Assembly: GCA_965203295.1 (NCBI GenBank)
Contig: CBDBCZ010000019.1
Coordinates: 2,592,001-2,656,000, forward strand
Length of the DNA: 64,000 nt
Direction: 5' to 3'
Source: Nitrospirales bacterium
GTDB lineage: Bacteria; Nitrospirota; Nitrospiria; Nitrospirales; UBA8639
Part shown: positions 20,119 through 31,203 of the stretch, one piece after another
How the letters are laid out: each line of letters starts with the position of its first letter
Position numbering within the stretch: the first letter of the stretch is position 1
Made by a program: the position numbers and the translations under genes
Notes under the pieces: model-generated
What the model was told of the DNA's origin: nothing
Database searches by the model: none
Seen by the model: the letters and a program-made list of their open reading frames with translations, nothing else

Positions 20119-20628
20119 CTAAAATATGCAATCAGCCCTCTTTGCCGACAAACTTGACAACTGAATCCATTGGGAGAAAGCGGCGGCTTGGCCTTGTTGG
20201 ATATGGTCCTGATCGATGATATTCCACACCGTGGCATTTTCGACGAGGAAGCGCAGCCCGGATCGGGAGATTCGGATTCCTCGATAGTCTGAAATGTATC
20301 CCTTATCAGCAGCCTGCTGTAACATTCGTGCCCTCTCGTCCTGGTTCATCGGTTCTGCGGTGAGCCGGGAAGGAGTTTGAATAAGCTCCCCCCATCCCAT
20401 CTCCCACAATGTCAGTGCCATGCGATTCCCATAGTTTAAGATGGGGTCCTGTTGGTTTCCATGGGAAACTACAACAAAGGGGGCATAGAATAATCGATGG
20501 CATTGTTCTTCTAGCGTACCCTCCCGAGGGATCAAATCCTTTCCGGTCCAATGCGTATAGCTGTCCAACAGCATGCGACTCCAATGTAAGACTTTATCAT
20601 CCTTCCAGTGACTGGAATCCATATTCAC
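20119..20628 (-). CDS. MEKHLA (PAS-like) domain protein
   Basis: APFVVVSHG..DPILNYGN..AL.LWE.....L...PSRLTAEP, Y.G.RIS.SG.RF. Confidence 0.9.
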   Translation of the reverse strand: MNMDSSHWKDDKVLHWSRMLLDSYTHWTGKDLIPREGTLEEQCHRLFYAPFVVVSHGNQQDPILNYGNRMALTLWEMGWGELIQTPSRLTAEPMNQDERARMLQQAADKGYISDYRGIRISRSGLRFLVENATVWNIIDQDHIQQGQAAAFSQWIQLSSLSAKRADCIF

Positions 20629-20766
20629 GAGTCATTCCATGAGAAAAGAAGATGATTGTCAGGAAGGCTTGAAACAAGGATAGAAAATTCAACCTTCGCA
20701 CATAACCAGGCATAGGGTCATCACATCTCCCTTAATCCTAAAGGTTGTGAAATCGATTCTCATCCT

Positions 20767-21285
20767 TTAACTTAGATCCGACTTATGTAGATGAACCAGA
20801 ATTTTGGCCACAATGGCTTCAGGTGTGGAATGGTCTGTAGAAATGATGTAGTCAGCAGCAGCCTGATATTTGAGGGATCGTTCATTCAGCACTTCAGTAA
20901 TTTCGTCAACGAATGATTTCCCGCCGGTCAATGAGGGGCGTTGGGTATCTCCCTCGATCCGTTGGGTAATCGTGCTGACAGTGGCCGTCAACCAAAAAAT
21001 CCGTGCATTGGGTTTTAAGACTTGAATGTTTTCATCTTTTACGATTATTCCACCACCGGTATCAATCACACAATGATCTTGTTGTGAAAAGTCTTTGCAA
21101 ACCGCCGACTCCAAGTCGCGGAAGTAATCCCATCCTGACTGTTGAACAATTTCCGGGATCGAAAGTTGAGCGCGTTGAATGATTTCGGCATCAGTCGACA
21201 CATAATTCCAACCAAGCTCTTTTGACACCAAAGTTCCAACAGTGCTTTTCCCAGTTCCCCGGTAACCGATCAAGACCACGTTCAT
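20767..21285 (-). CDS. aroK: Shikimate kinase
   Basis: LIGYRGTGKST, FRDLES, DTGGG, RPSL; ATG overlaps the aroE stop. Confidence 0.95.
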   Translation of the reverse strand: MNVVLIGYRGTGKSTVGTLVSKELGWNYVSTDAEIIQRAQLSIPEIVQQSGWDYFRDLESAVCKDFSQQDHCVIDTGGGIIVKDENIQVLKPNARIFWLTATVSTITQRIEGDTQRPSLTGGKSFVDEITEVLNERSLKYQAAADYIISTDHSTPEAIVAKILVHLHKSDLS

Positions 21286-22136
21286 GCGAATCGTGACTCC
21301 AAGACTCCCCGCATCACTTGAGTAGGTGCAGAACACCCAGTCCAAAGCTCAAACTGAGCCACGGCTTGGTATAAAAACATTTCAATCCCTTGGATGGTTC
21401 GACATCCGGCTTCTCGTGCCTCTCGAAGAAGGCGAGTCTCTAATGGATTGTAGACAACATCCATGACGGAAAGGTGCGGATCAAGGAATTCCTTTGGGAT
21501 ACAGGTGCCTCCAACGTTGGGGGTCATTCCCACAGGCGTTAAATGAATAAGAAGGGAGGCTGCATGCAGGGCTTCTTCTACGCGTTCAGGTTGACACCTA
21601 CCTTCTGAAACCTCGACTTTCGTTCGGTCAATGAGGTCCTTTACAAGCCCCGTTCTTTCTTGTTCATCAATTCCTAAGACCGTGAGATGAGCAATGTCTG
21701 CCTCCATGGCCAAACCAAAGGCAATGGCGCGAGCTGCTCCACCAGACCCAAGGATCAAAATGTTTTCTCGTTCAAGCGAAACGCCCGACTCTCTTAAAGC
21801 ACGAAGGGCTCCTGAGGCATCAGTATTGTACCCCTTGAGACGACCATGGTCTTTCACGATGGTATTGATGGCGCCGATGTGACGAGCTGTTGGGTCTACA
21901 TCATCTAAGAAAGGGATCACGGAAACCTTATGGGGGATCGTGACGCTGAATCCTCGAAGATTTCCTAACGCTCGAATACCTGAGACTGCATCTTTGATTT
22001 CCTCCACCAGGAAAGCCAGGTAGACGAAATCCATTCCCAAATGCTGAAAGGCCGCGTTATGAATGGCTGGGGAAAGCGAATGTTCAATGGGGTTTCCTAA
22101 GACTCCACATAATTGCGTGTTGGTCGTAATATTCAT
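21282..22136 (-). CDS. aroE: Shikimate dehydrogenase
   Basis: HSLSP.IHN, SVTIPHK, GAINT, NTD, GSGGAARA, QAVAQF. Confidence 0.95.
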   Translation of the reverse strand: MNITTNTQLCGVLGNPIEHSLSPAIHNAAFQHLGMDFVYLAFLVEEIKDAVSGIRALGNLRGFSVTIPHKVSVIPFLDDVDPTARHIGAINTIVKDHGRLKGYNTDASGALRALRESGVSLERENILILGSGGAARAIAFGLAMEADIAHLTVLGIDEQERTGLVKDLIDRTKVEVSEGRCQPERVEEALHAASLLIHLTPVGMTPNVGGTCIPKEFLDPHLSVMDVVYNPLETRLLREAREAGCRTIQGIEMFLYQAVAQFELWTGCSAPTQVMRGVLESRFA

Positions 22137-22301
22137 GGGTCCAACATTTCTAGCGAGTATGCCTTCTGCTCAAAAAATTAGTGGAGGCATTTATCACATA
22201 CTCCTTCCTTAAAAAACAACAGGGCTCGTGCTTCGTCTGGTTTTGAGTCATAACTAAGGCGGAAGAACATCACGAAATGAACTTCATTCCGTCATATTCG
22301 G

Positions 22302-24629
22302 TTAAAGGAGGAGGATCACCCGAAAATTCATTCCACTCCACACCCTAACTCGCTTTCGACTTCAATGGTCCCCCCATGAAGGTCTACCAGGGTTTTGACA
22401 ATGGCTAACCCTAACCCCAATCCCTTTGTCCCAATCTCTCGTTGTCGGTGAGCCTGATAAAACGGTTCGAAAAGCTTTGCGATTGCCTCCTCTGGTATAC
22501 CGCGTCCCTCATCAGAGACAGCAATCTGGATCGAAGTCGAGTCTCGTTTCTCGATCTGAACTCGTATGGTCGTATGGGGAGCACTGAATTTCATCGCATT
22601 ATGGATTAAATTGGTCAGGACTTGGATCAAACGATCCCTATCAGCCGGGACGACCAACCCTCGATCTGAGCAAAGGAGAACCAAATGCAGGTTTTTGTCC
22701 TTTACCAATGGATCAAACTGTTCAATCACCTCACGGGCAAGAGCTTCCACATTTACTTGATCCCATTTGAGTGAAATCTTTCCAGCTTCAATACGAGACA
22801 GATCCAACAAATCACCAATCATCCTAGTGAGCCGATCAGCATTTGCACTCACGCGAGTCAGACTACCCTGTTGCTGGTCAGTCAGCGGATCAGCAAAACC
22901 TTGGAGCAGGTTTTCAGTAAACCCTTTGATGGAGGTCAGAGGGGTCCGTAACTCATGAGAACAATGGGAAAGAAATTGAGACTTCACTTGGTTCATTTCG
23001 TGGAGCTGCTCATTCGTCGTTTCTAACTCATGATTCAACTGCTCAAGCTCAAATGTTCTTTCTCGGACCTTGGCCTCTAATCCGACATTGAGTTGCTCAA
23101 TTTTAGAGTACACCTCAGCGTTATCCAATGCAAGTGCAACCTGATTGCCAAACGTCATGAGTAAATTCATATCATCTTCAGTCAGATTGTGCATTCGAGT
23201 TCGCTCAGCAACCATCGCTCCAATAATGCGGTTTTTCACCTTCAAGAGAACCGCGATAAAAGCCACGGTTTGTAAGGCAGAGAGTAATTGTTGGTTGAGT
23301 GGATGGAGGCGATGCATCATCGATTGAACATCGTTAGATCAGGACAGTGAGTCCTTTGAGAAGAACTGTTCCCTCTATACTCTCCGGATCGGTGATCGGG
23401 ACTTCAATAGAATAAGCGAATTGCGCAAGTTCAGCCGAAAGACCCATCACCCAGGCCCCATGAGCCATTTTTCGTGAAGAATCAAAGAACGAGATCATGG
23501 CTCGGTCATAATGGAGATCTTGAACAATGGCCTTAAGTCCAGCCGCAATGAGAGCCTTTTGCTCAAGCGAAGTGCTCATATGCAGTCCAATCTGGTAAAG
23601 CGTCGTCAGCTCGTTGACTCGGCGACGGAGTTCAAGCATGGTTTGCTCTTGTTCCCAATAGGCATCCCGCAGCTCTTCGTGCTGGCTTTCCACAGAGTGA
23701 AGTTGTTCGCGAATGATCTGCTCCTGGTCTTGAATTTCTTTTCGGTCAGCCCAAAACCGAGCTCCTAACCACAGACCAACCCCAGGAATCGTGGCCAGCT
23801 CGAGGGTGCTCAGTATAGAAAGAGTCGGGAAGGAGATTTGCAAGTAACTGAAAACCCCCACGCTCAGGAGAAGACCGGCTCCAGGCCAGCCCCATGAGGA
23901 TGCATGGGGGGTATCCCAGGAAAAAACCCATTCGCAGTATTCAGCTCCATCCCCCATACAGCATCGATCTTCAATAGTAGCCGGGCGAAGGCCAAACATT
24001 CGGGCTGGGGTTTCGGCAATCGTGGCTTTGTTTGTCTGGCAGATCCGGTCCGCACACCGAAGCCGGTATTGACCGAACTGGCGAATCGTCCGGTCACTCA
24101 ATTTGAGCCGCTTGAGCCGCATCACCGCCCTCTGATTTGCGAGAGACACGATCTCCGGGTTGAGGGCCCCTTTGGTATATTTTTCTACGAAGTAAGGATA
24201 CAGCTTATAAATCTAAACAATGGAGAATGGTCTCCCCAGGATCTGGATGATGGGGGGGGGAAATTTTTCTTTACCGAGATTAAAGTGAAAATTTGGATCG
24301 CTGCTGAGATCAACACAGAATTCTGACAGGAACATGGTGAACTCATAAGAATAACTATTCCATGGATTTCTCAGAAATTCAGCGGTGACATGAAATGTTG
24401 GATCAGGAATACGTTCATTAAGCAGTTTAACGAGCATGAGAGTTAATTCGTCGCTTCCAACCTGTCGTTCCTTTTGAGTCTCCAGCTCTTGTAAATATTC
24501 CATATTGGCCCGGATCGTGATCCCACTGACATCCCGGATCTTTTCCCCTGTCAGTTCCTGGCCGAATGGACGGAATTCCATCATGCCTTTTTCTAAAATA
24601 CGGTGGGATTTAGGAAGAAGTTCGGGCAT
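22302..24629 (-). pseudogene. Large sensor histidine kinase (N-terminal V4R/HNOB-like sensory region, 2 TM, GAF, HisKA, HATPase), disrupted
   Basis: Three consecutive ORFs join into one gene: in-frame TAG at 24213-24215, +1 shift near 23335, further shift near 22330; SHELRTPL H-box intact. Confidence 0.85.
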
Positions 24630-24634
24630 AGGAC

Positions 24635-24907
24635 CTAGCAGGCTGTTGAAAAACTCAAAACTTCCAAAAATCCTGGTGTGTTGAAGAATATCCGATCATC
24701 ATCAAAAGCGGTGCAGGATGTTCCAAAAGGCCCGCTCGCCTGCGCGAAGCCGCTTTCAGCCTCCGTAGCGACTTCGGCGAAGGAGGCTCGGCGGAGCCAG
24801 GTCCAGCAAGGCCGCAAGACCTTTGGCGCGCGGAGCGTACATGCCAGTACGTGAGCACGACAAAGGACCGAGAAGGCTGCTGGCGGACTTTTTCAACATC
24901 CTGCTAG
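24635..24907. mobile_element. MITE-like non-autonomous repeat, copy A
   Basis: 19-nt terminal IRs CTAGCAGG(C/A)TGTTGAAAAA with one mismatch; second internal left end at ~24713; homologous to 48355-48525. Confidence 0.8.
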
Positions 24908-24968
24908 GCTTCAGAATACCTGAATTTTATGTGAGAGAGAATGCTAAAGCGAGGGGGAAAGGACAGAG

Positions 24969-26389
24969 CTAGAAAACCATGCGAAGGTTGATCGCTCCAA
25001 CATGAACGGTTGTATCCCACGTGCCAATGACGACGGAAGGAGAACCCAAATCCGACCTTACATGGGTATTGATGGTACGAGAGTCATACGGCACGGCTTG
25101 GTAGGCGAGATCGATGCCTATCGCTTGGGTACCCAAGGATCCATCTTGACCACATTCGATCAATCTCAAAAATAACCCTTTGCTTTGGCACAACAGACCG
25201 AGCCCTACGGAGAACGCGTTGTAATCAGAATCAGGCACGGCAGGGTCAAAATTCATTTCCGGAATGGGTGTTTCCGAATGAACATACCCTCCCCGGACAG
25301 CGATTTCCCAATCAGAGAGAATGGGTGATGTGAGCCATTTATACTCGGTGCCGACCATGACAATATAGGCTTGACCATAATTGGGCATAAAATCCGGAGG
25401 AAAGGGAAGAGGGGCCCCATTTGAAAGTTGCAAATTGAGTTCTTTATGGGCACTCCAATCTGCATAGTCGACGTCCAATTCAACCTTCCATTCCTTGACT
25501 GCATCACGAATTGGCCACACGGCGAAGGCCCCGGAAAAAACCTGAGGCAAGGCGAACTCGGCCCTGGTATCTGCAACTGATGCCCCATTAACAAGAAAGA
25601 CTCCTTTGAGGTCGAGAGTGACTTGATTTCTGTACACGAATCCCATATTCAGCAGTGGTTTCCCATTTGGATTGCGAAGCGGGGTGAGAAGAAGACTGAC
25701 GTTAAACCCCGTTGTCGTGTCTTGTCCTGTTACTTCCAACGGGGTTCCTGTGGGGATCCCCAATAGATTAAACTCAGGACCAGCTTTTCTTTGCACTTCC
25801 CCATGCCCTTCTCCTAGAGGGCATCGGTGAAGGTATAGATATCGAGTCCCAATCCGAGTGAGAGCACATCGCTTAATCTCACGGCAATGGTGGGTTTCAG
25901 ATCAATGAGTGGCAATGCCGCTTTTGTTAATACGGTTTGTATGGGGCTATCGTCTGGATATTCAATGAGAATGCCAAAAGGAGAGGTCACCCCGAACCCC
26001 AGAGAAATATCGCGAAGGATAGGAACATTCATATTTTGAAGGTTAGCGGTGATATAAAAATTGCTGGGTGGAGGATTGGCGATCGTTCCAGCAAAATCTC
26101 CATCAGTAATAGGCCTAGTGGGACTTTCCAAGGAGATATTGCCCCTAATCAGATTGGTTCCGATCGAAAATTGGATTCCTTTCAACTGGGTGATCCCAGC
26201 AAGGTTGTAATGAATCGCGGATGGATCATCGGCTTGAGCCGCAAAAACGGTCCCCTGTCCTGTTGCAGCAGCCCCCTGATCTAAGATACGAAAGGCTTCG
26301 CCGAACGAAGAGAGGGGGAAGGATAAAGAAATTGCGACGAGAAGAATCGTCCTTCCAAGACACTTATTGAGGCTTAAGTCAAAAGGCAT
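24969..26389 (-). pseudogene. fadL: FadL/OmpP1/TodX outer-membrane channel, frameshifted
   Basis: Signal peptide, AQADDPSAIHYN.AG, C-terminal Phe; extra CT near 25817 splits the gene (+2). Confidence 0.85.
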
Positions 26390-26604
26390 GGGTATGCGCT
26401 CTTCGCAGAAATCCTTCGCGAGAATGAGGTCATGAACAATAAGGGGGACTCAGTATACGGCCTCCGAAACTTCAGGAGCAAGCGAACAGTCTGAGTTCCC
26501 AAGGCGTTCAGAAAGAGAATGAGGCGTCCACGAAAGTCTTTCTATTTGGGGAACAGTGTCGGAGTAGGTGTTCTAGAAAAAATTCTGATGGAATGGAGAG
26601 GATT

Positions 26605-27011
26605 GTGAAAGTTAGAAAACTGTTACACACTCGAATACGTGTCAGCGATATCGATAAAACCATTGCCTTTTATCAAGGAGTTTTAGGACTAGAGGTTGTC
26701 GAGCGGAAAGTCTCTCCACGGGGATCGCACCTGGCCTTTTTAGCCGTTCCCAATAGTGAAGAACTGATAGAATTATGTAGCTTTCCCCCCAGCGGACCGG
26801 TCAAAGTTGAAGAGGATTTAGTTCATTTGGCCTTTGAAGTTGAAAATTTAGATCAGACGATTGAAGACCTCACCGCCAAACATATTCCCATCTTCCCATC
26901 GCTGACAGACCAACCCGATCTTCTTCGGGAAGTCGTTTTATTTTCATTGATGCTCCTGACGGATATGAAATTGAATTGATTGAAAGACCACCCGGCACGG
27001 CTATTGTGTGA
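26605..27011 (+). pseudogene. VOC/glyoxalase I family protein, frameshifted
   Basis: HTRIRV, HLAFEV; 8-bp tandem duplication TTCCCATC (26885-26900) puts the FIDAPDGYEIELIE tail out of frame. Confidence 0.88.
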
Positions 27012-27048
27012 GGGAAATGTTCCTCCTCAAGCCAGAGGTCACGTTACT

Positions 27049-28719
27049 ATGGAAATGCCTTCCAAACTTCGATCAAAACTCGACCACCTTCCTTCACAGC
27101 CTGGTGTGTATTTGATGAAAAATGGTCAGGGGGAGATCTTGTATATCGGAAAGGCCAGACTCCTCAGTGACCGGGTCCGGTCGTACTACCAAAAAGGTCA
27201 AGATCTGAATCCCAAAACGCGACTTCTCGTATCGCAGGTACAGGATCTAGAAACTCTTGTCACGAAATCCGAGCTTGAAGCCTTGATTTTGGAGAGTAAC
27301 CTGGTCAAACGCCACCGTCCACGGTTTAACGTTGTCCTGCGAGATGACAAACATTACCCGTATCTCCGTTTTCCCATTCACGAAAACTTCCCTCGTTTCA
27401 CGATTGTCCGACGCGTGAAAAAGGATAGCGCCTTGTATTTCGGACCGTATGTCCCTGGCGGGGCTCTTCGGGAGACACTCAAAGTGATTCGCAAGGTTTT
27501 TCCCTTAGCAACGTGTAAGATTGAAATCGATGGAAAGGCCGAACGAGCTTGCTTGGAATTTGAGATCAAGCGGTGCATGGCCCCGTGTACCGGCAACCAA
27601 ACTCGTGACCAGTACCATGAGATCGTGAAACAATTGTGCTTATTCCTTGAAGGGCGAGACACAGAGCTGCTAGATCAAATGCAACAAGAAATGCATGAGG
27701 CTGCTGATCAAGAGAAATTTGAAGAGGCCGCCCGAATTCGGGATCGAATTGCCAAAATTCAGCGCACGTTGGAAAAACAACGAGTGGCTCAAATTAGGGG
27801 GATTGATCAGGATGTGTTGGGGTTGGCGCGAATGGGCCCTGCAGTCGACCTGCAAATGCTGTTCATCCGCGGGGGATTACTTATCGGCCGTAAGGACTTT
27901 TTCTGGAGTCAAGCCAATGAGACCTCGGATGAAGAATTGATCCGATCAACGATTGAGCAATTTTATAATAAGGAGACCTTCCCTCCCAAAGAGCTGCTTA
28001 TCTCGACCCCACTGCTCGACATGGAGTTGTTTCAACAGTGGCTATCGACCAAGAAAGGCCAAAAAGTTCGGATTCTGATGCCTGAAAGAGGCGCCAAACA
28101 TGAACTCCTTCGTCTGGCAGAGGAGAACGCAAGAGTCGCCATAGCCAATCACTTGCGAAGTCAATCGGCTGAGCTGCAAGCCGTTGAAGACTTACAACGC
28201 ATGCTGGGATTGGATCGCACTCTTCGTCGGATTGAGGGGTTTGACATCTCCAACACAATGGGGTCGCAATCTGTGGGCTCGATGGTGGTATGGGAAGATG
28301 GACGAGTCAAAAAATCAGATTACCGTCGGTTTCGCATCAAAACCGTAGAAGGAGCGAACGATTTCGCGAGTATTTATGAGGTCGTGAAGAGGCGTTATGG
28401 GGGCTCCATGAGCGTGAAAGATTCGTCAGGCTTGCCGTTGCCTGATCTGATCCTTATTGACGGAGGCCTGGGACAACTCGGGGCAGCTGTGGAAGGCTTG
28501 TCCTGTGTCGGCATCTCCCATTTACCGATCCTGGGCTTGGCGAAGGCCAGAGGAGGAAAAGAAGAGAGAATATTTGTACCTGGGAAAAAGGAACCTCTTG
28601 TTCTTCAAGAAGGCGCGCCATCCACCCGTCTACTCCAACACATCCGGGATGAGGCCCATCGGTTTGCCATTACTTACCACCGCAAGCTGCGCGGGAAAGC
28701 CTTCGTGTCAACCCAGTAA
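27049..28719 (+). CDS. uvrC: Excinuclease ABC subunit C, lacking the C-terminal HhH domain
   Basis: GIY-YIG (PGVYLM..ILYIGKA), UVR, RNaseH-like EGFDISN, DGG.GQL, RDEAHRFA; ends at RKLRGKAFVSTQ. Confidence 0.95.
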   Translation: MEMPSKLRSKLDHLPSQPGVYLMKNGQGEILYIGKARLLSDRVRSYYQKGQDLNPKTRLLVSQVQDLETLVTKSELEALILESNLVKRHRPRFNVVLRDDKHYPYLRFPIHENFPRFTIVRRVKKDSALYFGPYVPGGALRETLKVIRKVFPLATCKIEIDGKAERACLEFEIKRCMAPCTGNQTRDQYHEIVKQLCLFLEGRDTELLDQMQQEMHEAADQEKFEEAARIRDRIAKIQRTLEKQRVAQIRGIDQDVLGLARMGPAVDLQMLFIRGGLLIGRKDFFWSQANETSDEELIRSTIEQFYNKETFPPKELLISTPLLDMELFQQWLSTKKGQKVRILMPERGAKHELLRLAEENARVAIANHLRSQSAELQAVEDLQRMLGLDRTLRRIEGFDISNTMGSQSVGSMVVWEDGRVKKSDYRRFRIKTVEGANDFASIYEVVKRRYGGSMSVKDSSGLPLPDLILIDGGLGQLGAAVEGLSCVGISHLPILGLAKARGGKEERIFVPGKKEPLVLQEGAPSTRLLQHIRDEAHRFAITYHRKLRGKAFVSTQ

Positions 28720-28757
28720 GAAACGATTGAGGTCTCGCTGTCGATCGTCAGCCTTCG

Positions 28758-29255
28758 TCAATCGAGTTGTTCCGCCAGCACTCGAGCTGTTTGTTGCTCT
28801 CGGTACTCCTTTAATCGTTGGTTGATTTCAGAATCGGAGAGGGCAAGAATGGCCGCAGCGAGTAATGCGGCATTCGCCGCCCCAGCTTCGCCGATAGCCA
28901 GAGTGCCAACGGGAATTCCTTTGGGCATCTGCACGATCGAAAGAAGGGAGTCAAGTCCTTGAAGGCTCTTGGATTGCATGGGAACCCCTAAAACAGGAAG
29001 AGTGGTCTTCGCGGCAATCACACCCGGCAGATGGGCAGCACCCCCGGCACCAGCAATAACAACTCGAATCCCTCGTTTTTCGACTTTGCTCACATATTCA
29101 AACAGGGCATCAGGAGCTCGATGGGCAGAGATGACTCGGGCTTCATGCGGAATGTGTAACTGAGTCAGCATGTCTGTGGCTGCCTGCATCGTATTCCAAT
29201 CGCTTTTGCTTCCCATGATAATGGCGATCAAAGGATTCTGGTTCTGCTTATCCAA
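28758..29255 (-). CDS. purE: N5-CAIR mutase
   Basis: [32 protein letters not shown]. Confidence 0.97.
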   Translation of the reverse strand: MDKQNQNPLIAIIMGSKSDWNTMQAATDMLTQLHIPHEARVISAHRAPDALFEYVSKVEKRGIRVVIAGAGGAAHLPGVIAAKTTLPVLGVPMQSKSLQGLDSLLSIVQMPKGIPVGTLAIGEAGAANAALLAAAILALSDSEINQRLKEYREQQTARVLAEQLD

Positions 29256-29501
29256 GCTTTCTCCTCCTAATTAAGAAATTTTCATCAAGGAACCTGCCAG
29301 CATTGCACTTGGTCACCTCATTTGACTCGCCGCTAGTGTAATCACTCATAGTTGTTTTTACAACGACACGCATGTTCAGGCCACAACTTCCACGTGCACT
29401 CAAATCTGAATGATGTCATGCCTGGCGAAGTTTCGCCTTGACGGATTTATGAAGGTCCCCGTATAGTCACTAGGAAGGGGTTTCATTGGAAATTTTCCTA
29501 A

Positions 29502-30824
29502 GTGAAAATACTTGAGAGGTCGTCGTCTGTGAGTCAAAAGGTCCAACGACTGCTCCAACCTTTGGATGGAGAACCATGGGACATCCAAGCCTATATGAGC
29601 CAAGGTGGCTATGAGGCGTGGAAAACGTGTGTCCAGAAGAAAGATCGTGATGCCGTCGTGGCTGAACTCAAACGGGCTTCCTTGCGAGGAAGGGGTGGAG
29701 CTGGTTTTCCGACTGGACTCAAATGGGAAAAAGTGCTCCACCATCGGTTGGAGGAACGGTATTTTGTCTGTAATGCGGGAGAGCATGAACCGGGGACCTT
29801 TAAAGATCGGTATCTGCTCAAACATCATCCGCATCAATTGTTGGAAGGATGTTTAATCGCGGCGTTCACGGTCGCTGCGAAGGAAGCCCACATTTATTTA
29901 AATGCGGAGTTTGAGGAGGAACGAGAAAATTTTGAAAAAGCCATGATACAAGCCAAAGAACATGGCCTCCTCGGTCATAACATCCTCGGAACGGAGGTAG
30001 CCCTTGATTTGAATATCTTCGAAGGCCACGGGAGTTACGTTGCTGGAGAAGAAACCGCGATGTTGGAATCCATGCAAGGGCGTCCAGCCATGCCGAAGCA
30101 AAAACCTCCCTTTTATCCAACAGACTTTGGGCTTTATGGGAAGCCCACACTAGTCAATAATGTGGAAACCCTTTCGAATGTCCCCCATATCCTGAGGAAT
30201 GGGGCTGACTGGTTTTCCCAGGTGGGAACCGAGAAGAGTCCTGGGACCATGTTGTTTTCTTTAAGCGGTTCGATCAATTGCCCAGGTGTCTATGAACTGC
30301 CTCTTGGAACTCCAATTCGATATCTCATTGAGGAATGCGGCGGAGGGGCGTTGAATAACCAGAAAGTCAAAGCCGTATTTCCTGGGGGCCCCTCGTTTTC
30401 TATGATTGGTCCAGACCAATTAGATTTGTGCATGGATTTTGATTCGTTAAAACGAGCTGGGACTGGCCTTGGATCGGCTGGGATGATTGTCGTGGATGAC
30501 TCTCAATGTATGGTGGAACAGACCCTCAAACTCTCAAAATTTTTTAAGGTAGAGAGTTGCGGACAATGTCCACCCTGTCGCATTGGGACCGAAAACCTCG
30601 CAGATCTTGTTTCCAAAATTGAAGAGGGACAAGGGACGAAGCAAGATTTGGATCAACTCCTACAAATTTGTGGGTTTGTCAAAGGGACAGGCTTTTGCAC
30701 TCTCGTCACAGGCGCCTCTGTATTGGTTCAGAACAGTCTTCGACTCTTTCGTGGTGAATATGAAGACCATATTGCTTTACAACGCTGTCCCTTGAAGCCT
30801 ATCTCCGCCACGGCAGAAGTCTAA
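29502..30824 (+). CDS. Stand-alone NuoF/HoxF-like FMN + [4Fe-4S] NAD(P)H oxidoreductase
   Basis: LRGRGGAGFPTGLKW, EPGTFKDR, GEETA, NNVETL, ESCGQCPPCR...C; no other nuo genes in the window. Confidence 0.9.
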   Translation: MKILERSSSVSQKVQRLLQPLDGEPWDIQAYMSQGGYEAWKTCVQKKDRDAVVAELKRASLRGRGGAGFPTGLKWEKVLHHRLEERYFVCNAGEHEPGTFKDRYLLKHHPHQLLEGCLIAAFTVAAKEAHIYLNAEFEEERENFEKAMIQAKEHGLLGHNILGTEVALDLNIFEGHGSYVAGEETAMLESMQGRPAMPKQKPPFYPTDFGLYGKPTLVNNVETLSNVPHILRNGADWFSQVGTEKSPGTMLFSLSGSINCPGVYELPLGTPIRYLIEECGGGALNNQKVKAVFPGGPSFSMIGPDQLDLCMDFDSLKRAGTGLGSAGMIVVDDSQCMVEQTLKLSKFFKVESCGQCPPCRIGTENLADLVSKIEEGQGTKQDLDQLLQICGFVKGTGFCTLVTGASVLVQNSLRLFRGEYEDHIALQRCPLKPISATAEV

Positions 30825-30838
30825 TTCCACTTACGAAT

Positions 30839-31201
30839 ATGCCACGGGTGACATTCATTCATCCAGAAGGGAAAAGTGGAGACGTTCCACTGAATTCCAC
30901 CTTACTGGAAGCTTCTGAAGTTCTCGGGTTTCCTTTACCTCACGACTGCGGTGGAAATGCTTCCTGCACAACCTGCCGAGTCCAGGTGATCGTCGGAGGC
31001 GAAAATTTATCGGAAATAGACTTTGATGAACAGGATCTTTTGGATCGCGAAGCCTTGACCGAATCCTACCATCGGTTGGGATGTCAGTCTCGGATTCTGG
31101 GGGATGCGGTTGTCCAAGTTCCAGAAAGTAAATGGGGTGAGACCTCTGAAGCAAAGGCCGAAGGGACGTCAAACTCTGGGGAACTCACCCCAACCAATTG
31201 A
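30839..31201 (+). CDS. fdx: [2Fe-2S] ferredoxin, adrenodoxin/ISC type
   Basis: HDCGGNASCTTC ... EQDLLD ... RLGCQ. Confidence 0.9.
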   Translation: MPRVTFIHPEGKSGDVPLNSTLLEASEVLGFPLPHDCGGNASCTTCRVQVIVGGENLSEIDFDEQDLLDREALTESYHRLGCQSRILGDAVVQVPESKWGETSEAKAEGTSNSGELTPTN

Positions 31202-31203
31202 GC

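Noticed and set aside
24213..24215. In-frame TAG as programmed readthrough or recoding
   Set aside because: The same gene has two further frameshifts, and TAG terminates many intact genes in the window
24635..24858. Short ORFs 24635-24817 and 24655-24858
   Set aside because: They are translations of the repeat element, not genes
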